A stretch of 64,000 nucleotides of DNA from Vicugna vicugna (taxonomy: Eukaryota): positions 440,941 to 504,940 of the forward strand of contig MU058844.1 in assembly GCA_013265495.1 (NCBI GenBank), given 5' to 3'. The notes beneath the pieces are model-generated. The model saw nothing but the letters and a program-made list of their open reading frames with translations. It did not search any database and was not told the origin of the DNA. The translations under genes and the position numbers were made by a program. This document shows, in pieces, positions 12,002 to 25,626 of the stretch. Within the stretch, counting starts at the first letter, position 1. Every line of letters begins with the position of its first letter.

Positions 12002-12248
12002 GAAACCCAGCGTTTGCTGGCAGAACCAGTTCCCGGCATTAAAGCAGAACCAGATGAGAGCAACGCCCGTTATTTTCATGTGGTCATTGCTGGCCCCCAG
12101 GATTCCCCCTTTGAGGGAGGGACTTTTAAACTTGAACTATTCCTTCCAGAAGAATACCCAATGGCAGCCCCTAAAGTACGTTTCATGACCAAAATTTATC
12201 ATCCTAATGTAGACAAGTTGGGAAGAATATGTTTAGATATTTTGAAAG
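12002..12248 (+). CDS. UBE2N: UBE2N (Ubc13 E2 enzyme) coding exon 2
   Basis: TTCTCTTGTAG acceptor; [25 protein letters not shown]...[16 protein letters not shown], with the HPN motif and catalytic Cys; G|GTAAGT donor; 247 nt. Confidence 0.98.
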
Positions 12249-12435
12249 GTAAGTGTTATCTTTATTGTCATGTATGCTATTAAGACCTCCTTTTTCTCTT
12301 AAGCATTCCATGTTAAGAATCTGAACATTGTAGTCTTACCTTATATAAAGACCACAGAAGTCTGTGGGAGGGAGATACAGCAGTTCTGGGGCTGGTTTTT
12401 CATGCTTGATCATTCTGGGCCTGTTGCCTTCATAG

Positions 12436-12576
12436 ATAAGTGGTCCCCAGCACTGCAGATCCGCACAGTTCTGCTATCGATCCAGGCTTTGTTAAGTGCT
12501 CCCAATCCAGATGATCCATTAGCAAATGATGTAGCGGAGCAGTGGAAGACCAATGAAGCCCAAGCCATAGAAACAG
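12436..12576 (+). CDS. UBE2N: UBE2N coding exon 3
   Basis: CTTCATAG acceptor; (D)[53 protein letters not shown] donor; 141 nt. Confidence 0.98.
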
Positions 12577-13271
12577 GTATTTAATATCCATTCTCCTTCA
12601 CACCACCTACACTTTTAAAAACAAACTTGTACTACTTTTTAAAAGACTTCTTTTAGGGTCTCAACAAGAAAAAAAAATATACTAAAGGGAAAAAATCTAA
12701 TCCTCCTTATAGTATATAAATACCTCTTATCAAAAGGTGTTCAACTTCGTCTTATGGCCTGCTATGTGACCCCCAAATTTAAAGACAACCTATAATTGGG
12801 AGATCTTGGACTCTTGTATAAACTATGCACGATTTAAACAAATACCTGAGTGCCATTCATCTAGCAATACGTAAGGGTAGTGGAAAACTTATTAGACTCT
12901 TGAGCTGTTTTGGCAGTTTGATTAAATCAAATGTGCACCAGTTTATAGCTAGGGAGTTTGAAATGAGTAAGCTTTTTCCTGCTACAGATTTTAACAAAAT
13001 TAATGGGGGAGCATTATATATCTAGAAATGAAGGAGACAGCTCTTGTCATCCTGTTAATTTTATGGAACTTCTAAATTCCATTGTAGTGTTTTGGTAGTG
13101 AGATATACAGTCTTTCTGCCCTAATCCAGATTAGAGAAAATAGTATGAATTTAAGAGATTACAGCATGCTATTTCCACAATTAATTTAGTAGTGTTTACT
13201 TTTTATAGAGTTTGGAAAGAAACATACTGAACTAAGTAAAGTAATAACTGCATGTTTGTTTTTATCTGCAG

Positions 13272-13312
13272 CTAGAGCATGGACTAGGCTATATGCCATG
13301 AATAATATTTAA
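13272..13312 (+). CDS. UBE2N: UBE2N last coding exon
   Basis: ATCTGCAG acceptor; (A)RAWTRLYAMNNI-TAA. With a 10-codon exon 1 outside the window, the CDS totals the expected 152 aa. Confidence 0.97.
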
Positions 13313-15100
13313 ATCGATCTGATCATCAAGTGTGCATCACTTCTCCTGTTCTGCCAAGACTTCTTCCTTTTTTGTTTGCATTTAATGGACACAGTCTTAG
13401 AAACATTACAGAATAAAAAAAAAGCCCAGACATCTTCAGTCCTTTGGTGATTAAATGCACATTAGCAAATCTGTCTTGTCCTGATTCACTGTTGTAAAGC
13501 ATGAGCAGAGGCTAGAAGTATCATCTGGATTGTTGTGAAACGTTTAAAAGCAGTGGCCCTTCTCTGCTTTTATTCATTTCCCCCATCATGGTTTAAGTAT
13601 AAAGCACTGTGAATGAAGGTAGTTGTCAGGGTTAGCTGCAGGGGTGTGGGTGTTTTTCTTTATTTTATTATTTTTTTGAGGGGGGAGGTAGGTTTATTTT
13701 AATTTTAAATGGGCTCCTTTTCCCCCTTTTATGGTGATCTAATTGCATTGGTTGAAAGCAGCTAACCTCAGTTCTTTAGAATATGCTCTCTAGCCAAGTC
13801 TAACTTTATTTAGACGCCGTAGATGGACAAGCTTGATTGTTTGAACCAAAATGGGAACATTAAACAAACATCACAGCCCTCACTAATAACATTGTGACTT
13901 TGCTGTCAAGTGTAGAATCCTCCTTTCAGGAAAAAGCTTGTGACCATTTTGTATGGCTTGTCTGGAAACTTCTGTAAATCTTATGTTTTAGTAAAATATT
14001 TTTTGTTATTCTACTTTGCCTTTGTACAGTTTATTTTACTGTGTTTATTTCATTTTCCCAATGTGACAATCTTATTTAAAAATTAAAACTGATGGAACAT
14101 TGTTTTGGTCTTCACCACCTGACAAATTGAATGATGAGAGGTAGATTTTGCCGGTTTCTTTTCACTGATGCAAATTTGTGTTAAGATATCACTGAGTGGA
14201 GTATTAAGCTGGCCCTGAGCATGCCTAAAGCATCAGTATCTGACCTTTTTTTGCCTCCTAGAAATTTGAAATAAATGTGTTTGTGTTGTCTGGTTAGTTA
14301 GGCAATCATCAGTATCTTGCCACGATGTTTAAATATTGTGCAGGAGAGTCACAGCCAACAGTTGTGATTGGCTTTGTGTAGGACTTTCACATGTGCCACA
14401 TTTGTGTCTGGCATTTTGAGTTATGACCTTTCTCTTAGTTCTTGTCTCAGAACCTCATATGTGATCCCTGCTGTGTGTTATTAGGAAACACCAATCTGAT
14501 AATCATTTGGGGTTTGCTGAGGCAGTTATAAGTCTTCCTTATAGACCTGATGAGCAGATCTCAAGCAGTCAGCTTGCATAAGTGTCATCAGAAAGGTTTC
14601 TTCCTTTGAGAGCATCAAATCTTCAGTTAATGATTTTTTACTGTCATCCATCTAATATTTGCTACAGGAGCTCCTTTTATTCTTTAATTTGATATTCAGC
14701 AGTTTTTTCTGCATTGACAGAGTTCCTCTTCCCACAGAACTGCTCTTTCCCACCCCTCCATACCAATTCCTCGTTCTTGTTATTTTTAAGATATAAATGT
14801 AGCCAGTCATAAGTATGTAAATATTAACCTGTGGGTTGGAACCTTTGTCTCTTGCAGTTTAAGGTAATGGATATTGTAGCCCATCTGAATTTTCCCTACT
14901 CTTATTCTCGTAACTTCTGGAGTTTCTTCAGAATGTGATGTATTTTATTGTGCTCCTATGTAAGATGAAGAATTATCTATTAAAATTACATTTTCAACAT
15001 ACGAAAGTTTTTGATGACTGGTAACTGGTACCCTTCCAAATAAATTCATTGCTTGGAAACAGATGTTACTTTTAATTCAGAATAAAATTGTTCATAGCCC
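13313..15100 (+). other. UBE2N: UBE2N 3'UTR with several candidate polyadenylation signals
   Basis: Repeat-free sequence after the stop. AATAAA at 13412, 14270 (followed by a GT-rich element), 15039 and 15081. The true end is not determinable from sequence alone. Confidence 0.7.
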
Positions 15101-15589
15101 TAATATTGTAAATTAAAAAACTTAGAAGTTGTCATTTATAACAATTCTTGGGCTGTTTAGAGGTTACCTTGCAACTAAGGAAACTAAATCTCATTCTGGG
15201 GCCAAAATGAGTGACCACCCAAGCAGTTGAATAGAGATCAGCTTTATTCATTGGAGGTGGCACTGCTTATGATGATAGCTAGTATTACATAGTGATTTAT
15301 AAGTTATAAAATTCCAGATTTAAATCTATTGCTCTACAAAATTGTGTAAAATAGGACTCTTCTGTCTACTGAGTTTATGAGTCATAGAACTCCATAGAAA
15401 TGGAGTAATGCACTATTTTCATTTCAAATACGTGAATTCCTAATTTCATAGCATCATGGTTTTTTCCCTTTATAATTTGGTAAGAATCTTCATTGTTTTG
15501 ATGATACTTCTCTCAAACAGTGGGATGAAACAGGAGCCATTGTGTTGACAGAGCTTTCTTAGGATTTAAGGGGCTCTGGGAGAGGTCAA

Positions 15590-15943
15590 GGTAGAATTTG
15601 AAAACTGGCAGCTACATCTGGCTTTGGGGCCTGTTTTCCTTGGCCCACACAGTGTGGTTGGTTAAAACATTATGAATTCAATGACAAAATTTAAAAAAAT
15701 CGGGAGAGTCACATGAAAATTTAGAATCTGGTATCTTCAGTGATCTTAAATATCTGGCACTGCAGACATGGCCTGCCTTTGTGCAGGGTATCTGCTGGGA
15801 GGAGCTATGTAGCAGCCATTCTAAGAAGAGCTGGTTATTCTTCTCTAATCCAGTGACTCTCCAGTTGTTTAGAGCCCCCTGCCAGCCCATGTGCTCCTTT
15901 TTGTAGTTCTGTTCCCATGTAAGCCTTTGACTTTGTAACTCCT
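15590..15943 (-). mobile_element. hAT-Charlie MITE (MER102-like)
   Basis: GGCCCACACAGTGT...TTAAAAAAATCGGGAGAGTCACATGAAAATTTAGA...CTTTGTAACTCCT matches the remembered MER102 consensus. Confidence 0.6.
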
Positions 15944-17872
15944 AAGCTTATGGACAGTTGTTCATCAAATAAAAGTGCTTGATATATGCCCAACACTGTA
16001 CTGCTTGTTGGGGATGATTAGGTGAATGAGACTGGCATGGGACTTTCCCTTGTGGACCTTTTAATCTCATGGGGAGGGGTTGTGAACAAAGAGCAGCTGC
16101 ATCTCTGAGGGAGATGGGAAGTAAGTGCTTGGGAGGGGCTGCTCCCCTAGATTCAAACCAGATGCACACCTCCGGACAGGGGAACAGCATGTGCAAAGCC
16201 CTGGGAGAGGTAAAGAATCTGAATACATTGATAAGTGGCTTGAAAATCAACTCTGCCCATTCAGGAACTTCTCTGAAATCCTGAGCTGATAACAGGACTT
16301 TATGTTTTTATGTGACTCTTAAATTTTGTTGTCTACTTTGTTGTGATTTGCTTCCACACTAGTTATTCTTGGTCCTCTCAGAGGCTGCCTAATGAGATCT
16401 TAGATTTGAAATATGTAGAACTTAAACCCTGCTCTAGACTAAGAACATACTTTAATACAAAATTTCAGAAGCATTTAAAAATACAGATCAATACATAAAA
16501 GCCATAGGTGCTGTGGTTTAGCACTATTGAAGGAAGAGTGTAGGGAGGGAAACCTGGTATTCTATAAAACGTTATAAACACAGTTTTAGCTAAGTGGTTG
16601 TCATAGGAATGATAGGAATTGGCTTTATTTTTGTATTCGATGGTTCAGGAATCTTTTGGCTACTTACTCTAGCCACATCATTTTTTGTTAGTTGCAGTAT
16701 CAAAGATGGTTTAAAACTACAGCCTTATCTACAAAAGCTGGCCAAAAAAAAAAAAAAAGAAAGAAAGAAAAAAAGATAAAATGCCATAATTATAGGGCAG
16801 CTAATTCAACAGTCTATTTAATAAAAGTGTAATATTTCATTGGAATAATGTATTTTGGGGCTGGGACTACATTTCATTTAGCTGTTTAGCATGCTGCTTA
16901 GTTTAAGGAATTATATCAGGGGTTTATTTTTTAAATGACTTAATGATCACAAAAGCAAAACATGTTGAATGTAATAACTTGAAAGAAATATTAAGAATAA
17001 AAATCTGTACTCCACTACCCAGACTGGTGATACTTTGTTTCCTTAACTATTACCCACTCTGCATTAATTTCCATTTTTATCATTGTGGTTGGAAATTGGG
17101 AGGATTTGTTCCATGAGTTGGCTTTGCTACAGCTTTATGTTACAAATTCGGCAAGTTCCCATTGGATGCAAAACTGGGAGTTGAACTAAAATTTTTCCTG
17201 TTAAGTATAGAACTCAATATAAAGAGCCTGGGTCCTCTCTCCCTGCAGTTTCATCTTTGCGGTGCACCCTTCAGCTGATCTCATTTCTTGTGTGCCAGCT
17301 GGTGTAGCATTTCAGGTGTATGAATGTAGGCTTGCTGATCAAGCTGAGCCTCTGTGGACTTGATGTAATTATTTATGATTAGTTGTAGAGCTGTGTGGTA
17401 ATTGCCTGAACATTTAGACCTTCCTTACTGTAGCAGAGCAACAACTAAATCCCATCATCTCATAAAGGCACATTTTATGGTGCTCATTAAAGAGCTTTAA
17501 CATTTCTCCTCTGCTAATCATTTTTATCTATGGGACAAAAGAGTTTTAGAAATTATGAAAGATTGATGTCCTCAGGTTCCTACCATGGAGAATAACTAGC
17601 ACATTTCCATTTTACATATTCCTGATCCATTCTCACTCACCACGTGACTCTTCGAAATAGCTCATGATCTAGATTAATCCCAATAACTCAAGTTTCCTTA
17701 TAATCTAGCAAGTTTACAGAGTGTTCTGGCTTATGTTCAAGAGTAGACTACTCAAGACTTTACACCGGTCAGAAGCAGCTTAGACATGATGGTTTGATTG
17801 TACTAAATTTGAATTTGGTGCTGTTTTCCTTATGTTTTGGCAGGAGGCACTAGGACTGAGTAACCAAAGGAG

Positions 17873-18181
17873 TAGGGCCAAATTCTTGCAACCCATTTCT
17901 TCATTCTGAAACAGTAAGTGTTTTGGGCTTTGCAGGCCATAGGTCTGTCTTGGTTACTCAACCTCTGCCACTGTAGTGAGAAAGCATCCATAGACAATTC
18001 TAAACAAATAGGCATGCTGTAATTCTTATAAACTATCTTCACCTGTCACAATGTATTTTTTTTTTCAACCACTGAAAATGTAAAAAACCCTCTTAAGCTT
18101 GTGGGCTGTACAAAAACAGCCAGGGGCTGGGTGGGGGGAGGGTGGTGGTTTGGCCTGTAGGCTGAGTTTACCCTTACCCCC
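17873..18181. mobile_element. MER58B-like hAT-Charlie MITE
   Basis: GGCTTTGCAGGCCATAGGTCTGTC...ACTCAACTCTGCCACTGTAGTGAGAAAGCATCCATAGACAAT...GTGGGCTGTACAAAAACAG. Confidence 0.75.
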
Positions 18182-19629
18182 TTGGTAGTGATTCCTCATT
18201 ACTCATGTGTTAGAACCAAGATGTTGTGTCTCTCCTCCCCCTTTTAAAAAGTGATACATTACTGTTATTCCAGTAATAGAAAAGACTTGTGTAGTTTTTC
18301 CTTTTTCTGCGTTGATACTAAGATACACATATTTTGATATGTTATATACAGATTGAGCATTTATCAATCCATTTTTTATTTAAGAAATCATTGAACATTT
18401 TCAAGTCAAAAATTTCTCAGAATGTTTATTTGAAAATCAGAAGTTTTAAAAGAAAATCTGAAATCTGTAGTCCCCTTTAAAAAATATGACTTTTAACAGT
18501 TAATGCTGTATAGTGTTTTTCAGTTAGCATTATTGAAAGGCCATATGTGGCAGTGCATTTCTTTTTTAGAAGTATCTATTGAATGGATGGCCATAATCTC
18601 CCAGTTTGTATGGTTAAATTGATGCCATTTTCATAAATTCTGCAGTACACATCTTTGACCATGTTTCGGCTGCACAGCTTGTTTGTTGACTAGATTCCCA
18701 GAAGTGGAATTGGTGAAAGGGTTATATGTATTTAAAATTTTGACAGGTACTATTCAGTTGCTCTTGAAAAGGCCATACCAGTTTACTCTGCATCCTTACC
18801 TGAATGTCAGTTTTATGTTTATGTAATATTCCGTTACATGGATATAGTACTAGTTAACCATTATCCCTCTGGGCCTTGATATTTTATTTCCATGTCTCAC
18901 CACTTTAGTTGCCTTATCTTGGTATATCTGTGCCCACATTCCTGGAGGTTAGATCCCTAATGTAGTAAAGTGATCAAAAGGTATCTTTATTTCTTGATAC
19001 ATGTTAATAGCCAAATACAGTATTTTTTTAATTTCACTAATTTGATTAAGGAATGACTGAGTAAAAACTGAGAAAAGTGGGAAGATTTACAATACTACTA
19101 CTGTCTGGCACTGGTGTTTAACCAGAGTCAAGAAATGTGATGCCCAGAGGGTAGCAATGCACATACTGGGAAGAGTAAGTTTTAGGATAATTAGTTGAAA
19201 TCATATCAAAGAGGAATTTAAGACTAGTTTCTGAGTAAATTAGGGTCTTTGCTATAGTACAAAAGTAGGCCCAACATAGTAGGCCTTAGGGGCCTTCACA
19301 ACTTACTGCCAGAATTTGGCCAATGGCACTAGTTAGGAAGGTATTAAAAATAAGACGGAGATAAAGTAGCACCAGGGATGAGATCACTTTTCAGCCTAAC
19401 TTTTGGTCTACAGCTCCATGTAAAATGTTAAGTTTTTGGTGGGGGAATCACATTTTTAAATAAGATTTTGCTTTTGAAGTCTAAAAAAAAAATAGCTGTA
19501 ACACCTTGAAAGTCATTTTAGGAACTTCTGATATAGAAGAAATAAACAACTTAGATAAGTTACTTATCTCTGTTTCACTAGCTCCTTGAGGGTGGAAACT
19601 TGTTCTGTGCTGTAGCACTAATGCTGGGC

Positions 19630-22600
19630 GTAAAGCAGATGTTGGTAAACATTTTATTAAGAACTTACGAAACAAGGTATTGGATGGAAACGTCATTTGA
19701 GACAACTACACAGCAAGTTCCAGCTGTAACAAATTCACCACAAATTATACTTTAATAAACTTAACTAGCATCAGACTAGCTCTGTGTCAAACTTTGTCTA
19801 CAAATTTCTCCTTTAAGAGACCTGTAGAGAATTCTTGTATTCCTCTATGAAGACAACAGTAGAAAAATGCCAAGCTGTTTTCCTCCAGTTTAACCCTACT
19901 CAAAGACCAAATGCGATTCCAATAGAACTTTTATGTGAGGATTCTAATGTTGGTCCTTGGATAAACAATATTTTGAGTTATAATGGGAGGCAGGGTGCTT
20001 AGCTAGTCACCCTTTTGAAACAGCAATTAACACAATGGTTGTATATAAAGTGTCTGCAACATATTACAGCAAAGTACTCCAGGATAAGCCAAGAGCCCTT
20101 GAAAATTACTAAAATAAGAACACAAATCCCATTAGGGAAGGAGAACAGTAGTAAGAAAAGCATAGTGGCACACCATTAGACTGGTGTCCAATACAATGCA
20201 AAACATACATGGGGAGAGTATGGCAACACCTTACTGGTGAGCTGTTCCTTTTAACTTAGTTAATTCCACTAGTCAGGATCATAAATGGGAAGGGCATAAA
20301 TGTACTACTAGTAAGAGAATTATATGACCACCAATGGGAGAACAGTAAAGTCATTACGTGGAATGCCAGAATTTCACTTGGACACTGTTAGAACTGTTTT
20401 AAAAAAAAACAACAATTTATTTCCATTTTTTTATTTGATGTTTCCAAATATAAAAAAAGTCAAGATTCTTACACCAATTATCTCAAATGACCATGCAAAG
20501 CAATTGTAAAGTGTATACAACAATCATTCCCCCTTCAGTTTTGCTACTTTATACAACTATGTGATTGACAGAAAATTGAACGGCATGTGCCTATTTGGAA
20601 AATTTCACCTGTTTACAAAAAAAAGGAAGAAATTAAGAAAACTCAAAATCAAACATGCAGGCTAGTTGCTACTTTGTGTCTGCAAGTCAATTTACAGCTT
20701 TTTTTTTTAAATTTAGGAGGCACATGGGACTGAGAATTTTAGCTGCCCAATTTTATCCAACTACCCCACAGAAAGCACAAATGACAGTCCCAACACTCTG
20801 TAAACTTTGGAGGGTTGAGATAGTAGACACTATTTGTTATCTGTAGTAGATTCAACTGTTCAGCCTGTAAATGTAGGCTTTTTTCTCTTAATAGAAATAA
20901 ATCTTAGGGCCTTTCCTCTAATTTTGATAGGCTGGGTTCCAGAATAGTGAAGAACCCTTCATGTGAAATTTAAAGTGTGACAACTCTGAAGTGTTCTGAT
21001 GTATTATACAAATTTTTGCTAGTTGCATAGACCAAAGACAGGTGGTTTGCTAAATGGCACTGAAGAAAATCCTGACCCAAGTGGCACTATTTAGTCCAAA
21101 TGTCACTGACCAAAGAAAATTATACAACAATATTTATAGGCTTACCTTTAAGAAATGGTTGACATTAATACTGTACATATTTTACATGTCAAATACATAG
21201 TCAAAGAGTTTATAAAATAAATTCATGCATTATTACCTCTAAGAATATCATGTACAAGATACCCAGCCCCCCAGTACTTGTGACATTTCAGGTGGACACA
21301 GTGTTATGTACAAAAACAATCCAGTTTCTCTGCTGTGTTAAGTATATAATTTAAAGAAACTTCAGAGACCGCTGAGAAAAAAAACTCAGTCCATTGAAGA
21401 TTGATACAAAGTGTCAATCTGTGGGATTTTAAATACTTCCTTTTAAAAAACACCCAGAATACATAACCTCTGTACAGAAAAATATAAAAATTCTGGATGA
21501 CTATGTCTGATCACACTACATAATTTAGAATGAAATGTCACTGGTTTGAAGTTTTTCTGTCTTACTCATTCCTTTGACAGCATTAATTTGTGAACTAATA
21601 CTCCCATGTAGCTCAGCTGCATTTATGGCACAAGAGCTCATTTCCAAAACAGTGGCACTGATTTTCCTTAAGTGTAACAGCACTATTTTTAGCAGCAATT
21701 ATATTTTTAAAGGTTAACAATTTGTAGAACAAATGTCTAAATATGCTTATTTCTACTTTATACTCACCAGTTACGATATTTACAAAAAGCTAACATCTAC
21801 ATAGAGAACCATCTTTTACTTGCCCCACCTCATTTCTGATTTTGTTGGGGAAGTACAGGCATTTCAGACTAGGTATTTATGTGTTTTAGATGGGATTCTT
21901 GGATTTACGTGAATATAAAGACAAGACAAAATAATTCTTAGTCCAGGTATGTTCCAGTGCCCCAGTAGTTAGTTGTATGATAAACAGTACCTACCTGCTG
22001 ACCACCTATAAAAGATGAGACATTCTAAGGCACCCTAACAACCTAGATCTGTAACAGCTGAACAAAAAGGCCATTTTATTCAATTGTGATGCAGTCACCA
22101 CTGACTGGCATTTAAGGTGGTTACTGGTAACCAGCAAGTTTAACTGAAGAGATGTCACTAAATTCAAACTAAAAATATATTTTTAAAAGCAGCAATTTAC
22201 ATTGAGGGAAATACGGTTCTCGTGTGTTCTGTGTAAAGACAGATTATGAATAAAGGGAATTGGCAACTGAGCGTCCTAATTCAAGTTCCATGAATATAGG
22301 TTTCATGATAAGATATCTACTACACGCATTTTGCTTACAGTAACTGCCTAAAAATCACCAGCCCTACAGAGTTAAAACTTTGTGTTTTAACTTTGTGAGT
22401 CATAAGGGAATTGGCCAAATCAGGTAGCTAGTGACATAATACCAGTTGTGAAAATTCAGGTAAATGAGCTGGCAAATGGATTCATTCAATATGTTAATGT
22501 TGTGAATGAAAAAACAATCTAGGGGGATAATATACCCACAAGTAAGTTGATCTGACAAAAACCACAGACTGACATCAAATGGACAAAAAAAACTGGAAAA

Positions 22601-22884
22601 GTGAAAATGCCAACCAAAATAACAAGGTGGGTGGGCTGGGTGGGAGAGCACAGTTAAGGCATCTAAAAAAAATTCCACATGGCTTTGGCTTATTAAAATA
22701 TTTTACACTATCTTTTTTTTTTATTTAAAGATTTGAAAGCATCTGAAAAACATGCAAATTGTTTGAAAACCCCACATGGCAAATTCAGACAGTTTGCAAG
22801 CGTCATTCAGATGTTTGCCAAGGAAAATAAAGAAGCTTCTGCCCATGAGATTGCACATGGTGGAAGAGGTCCTTCCAACCCTGT
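19630..22884 (-). other. NUDT4: NUDT4 3'UTR (about 3.2 kb) with several polyA signals
   Basis: Repeat-free AT-rich tract after the stop. Minus-strand AATAAA (plus-strand TTTATT) at 22075, 20430, 20416 and 19653. The distal end is inferred. Confidence 0.65.
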
Positions 22885-23087
22885 CTATCTTATGCTAGAT
22901 GGCAGCCCAGAGGTCTGTGCAGCAGTTACAAACAAGGTGTTACTATCGGGAAGGGAAGGGACTGTGGAATTTCCATTGGTTGGAGAACAGCCCAGCTTTA
23001 ATTTTTCCAGATACTCTGCATGTACAGGCTTATGACACTGGAGAACTTTGATGGCATCCTCTACTTTGAACCACTCTCTCTTCCTTC
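22885..23087 (-). CDS. NUDT4: NUDT4 (DIPP2, diphosphoinositol polyphosphate phosphohydrolase 2) coding exon 5
   Basis: TTTTCTAG acceptor; (G)RKREWFKVEDAIKVLQCHKPVHAEYLEKLKLGCSPTNGNSTVPSLPDSNTLFVTAAQTSGLPSSIR-TAG. Confidence 0.97.
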
Positions 23088-23379
23088 CTAGAAAACAGTA
23101 TGAAACTGGTTACTAAAAATGAGTAAAAGTCAGTTTTTAAAAGCCATACCCTATTAACAATGTCCTCTTGATCCTCCCCCACAAATAATGACTTTATTTT
23201 TGGGGAATGGCTTAGACAACACTATGTTGGGGAACAATTTTAAAATAATTCAAATATGAAGATATATGTATGTTGATCTTCTTTAAAAAGTAACCAAAAT
23301 TAATTTAAGATGAAAATTGGACACATGTATCTAGTATTTGAATTAAGAGAATTCAGATAGCAAAGGGAAAGGAATTTAC

Positions 23380-23467
23380 CTATATTAACAGAATCTTCCC
23401 AATCTTCTAATATTTCAGTGACAGTAAGAACATAAACATATGTCCTGTGCTTTCGGTCTTGGTTCTG
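23380..23467 (-). CDS. NUDT4: NUDT4 coding exon 4 (starts at 23467 or 23464, tandem AAGCAG acceptor)
   Basis: (Q)NQDRKHRTYVYVLTVTEILEDWEDSVNI(G); donor G|GTAAAT. Confidence 0.97.
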
Positions 23468-23981
23468 CTTGAATATAAAAAGAAAAGCATTTTAATCTAC
23501 AGAAGCTAGTCATGTATACATTTTTTAGTAAAAAAAAAATTCAGTTGTGGCATACATTAATGTAGTCTATTTGGCAACACAGGCAAGTATGCTCAGTCAT
23601 ATAACCCAGAACTTAAGTCAGTTTATATAAGACAGAACACTTAAAATGGTGAAATTAGCTCCCAATACTAAACTTTTAATACTTTGATTTCTGTCCGTTA
23701 GACAAATAATTTTCATAAAGAAAATCTTAAGGCTGGAATGGAATCTACAGTAAAAGAACTGTATTGCTGTCTTTATCTTAGGCCCTATTCCCTCGGGTTA
23801 AAAATACCAGCTACCTTTCAAGACTATTGAAAACTGCTTCATTCAGGACCTTTGTAGAAGAGCAAATAGCCCCAGTTCCTTTAGAACATGCTTCTTAGAG
23901 GTTCACAAGATGCATACAGAGCACAGCCCTACCAAGGCCGACTTGTGTTTAATTTTGAACCTAGACAGTCTGGAGGCCTAG

Positions 23982-24130
23982 AGGCCTCTCAACCTTGACT
24001 GTCTGACTCATCACCCAGGATTTTTTTTTTTTTTTAAAGAGACACTGATTCAGTTAGTCTGACATGAGGTCTAAGCATTTAAAAGCTTCCAGGCAAACTA
24101 TGCACAGCAAAGGTTGAGAATAATACCTGG
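23982..24130. mobile_element. MER5-like hAT-Charlie MITE
   Basis: CTCTCAACCTTGACTG...CTGATTCAGTTAGTCTG...AAAAGCTTCCAGG...TGCACAGCAAAGGTTGAGAA, with terminal inverted similarity. Confidence 0.6.
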
Positions 24131-25581
24131 GTCAGTCCACTTCTGGAATGCAATATTTTAGTCCTATATGCTCAAACTCAATTTTTACCCATATTAAAAC
24201 TGCCACTGAGCCTTGTCTCTAGGTTCAAAATTAAACACAATTCAGCCTTAAGATGAGGGAGCTCACCTTCATCTTAAAGTTAGCTTTGTTTGCTATAGTC
24301 TAAGACTTTAGATAATTGCCTTAATTTTTCCCACCACAAACCACTTAAGTAATCCACTCATTCAGTGTCTTATGTCTTTGGGAAGGAATAAGAACAGCAC
24401 AAATTAGAGGCATTCATACTTAAAACATTACTATTTATTATTTTTAAGAGTCTGTTGTCTTATCTCTGTACCCGGCATTCAATACACTTACTCTGCTATG
24501 TTCATAAATTCATTGAAATCACCAAAGTGAACAGGCAGGACAATTCTAATTTTCCCTTTTATTTTCTAAGGGAAAGGTACACTGATTACTATTTTCTGTT
24601 CAGATTCTATGAAATGTAAATAGTATTTGTAAAGCGCTTATTACCTTCCCATGTTATACAAGCTCTACTTAAATGTGTGAAGTTTTCTTCAAAGGTATTG
24701 CCAGCATATTGACAAACACGCTATTAGATGTACCATGGCTACTAAGAATTACAGAAACCTGTGATGTGTTTTTCAGTTCAACCAGGAGATGGTGCTATTT
24801 AACTGGGTAAAGCAAGTGCTAAATTCTAGGAAAGTTTGACTAGTACCTTGAGAACTTTACTTTTAACAATTACAGTATTTTGGGAGTCATCAATTCTACC
24901 AACTGCTGTACAATCAGATTTTTCCTGAATTCTTGTAAAAAGGCTTAAAACTAAAACCTGTAAGGACTACATTTATATAATCCTACCAGTTGGACTCAAC
25001 TAACCCTTATTTTAGGAAAAAAACCTGTCACAATGTGTCTGGTATACCATGTATCTAGGTCTGAATCTTGGATGAAAATATTAGTTGAGAATAGCCTAAG
25101 TCTCATGACCTGACCTCATTTCTCCCCACCTTTGATAGAATACTTGTCATTTCCAAATTTCCTCTCCACAAATTCCATTCTGCCTTCAGTAATAACAGGT
25201 TATATAACAGAACTGTGTGCTCCTAGTGTCTCTTCTATGTGTTTGAGTTTCCCATTCCCATACAGTCCTTTCAGGATAAAGTCATTATGTATTATCACCC
25301 AATGTTATGTGCTGAAGGCAAAGGATACATTTCCAGACAGTATCCATAAGAGATCTAAACTCTTAGGTGATACTGAGGATACTGTACCTTAGCCTAGAAA
25401 GTCTAAACAGTATACAGTGAACCAAGAGGTAAGTCTGTCCATAGCAGCTCCACTATACTGTCATATAAAAGCAGTTACTACTGTAATATGCTATGTAAAA
25501 TCAATGGTACATGAAAGTTAAGCAGCTTTTACTTCCTTCCCTCCTATCATCAGCAAGATGAGAATTAATTTTGTAACTCAC

Positions 25582-25626
25582 CTCAAATATGCCCAGGAGT
25601 CTGCCTAATTTTCCTTTGACTCCAGC
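25582..25626 (-). CDS. NUDT4: NUDT4 coding exon 3
   Basis: TTTAATAG acceptor; AGVKGKLGRLLGIFE (end of the Nudix box); GAG|GTGAGT donor; 45 nt. Confidence 0.97.

Noticed and set aside
11967..12584. ORF-track proteins 11967-12188, 12014-12283 and 12402-12584 as separate genes
   Set aside because: They are alternate frames or intron read-through of UBE2N exons 2 and 3.
20165..20240. Two similar TGGCA..CACC..ACTGGTG mini-hairpins in the NUDT4 3'UTR
   Set aside because: Stems are only 4-6 bp and match no RNA element I know; compatible with chance.
22733..23035. 100-aa + strand ORF
   Set aside because: Antisense shadow of NUDT4 exon 5, with a TTG start and no recognisable protein.
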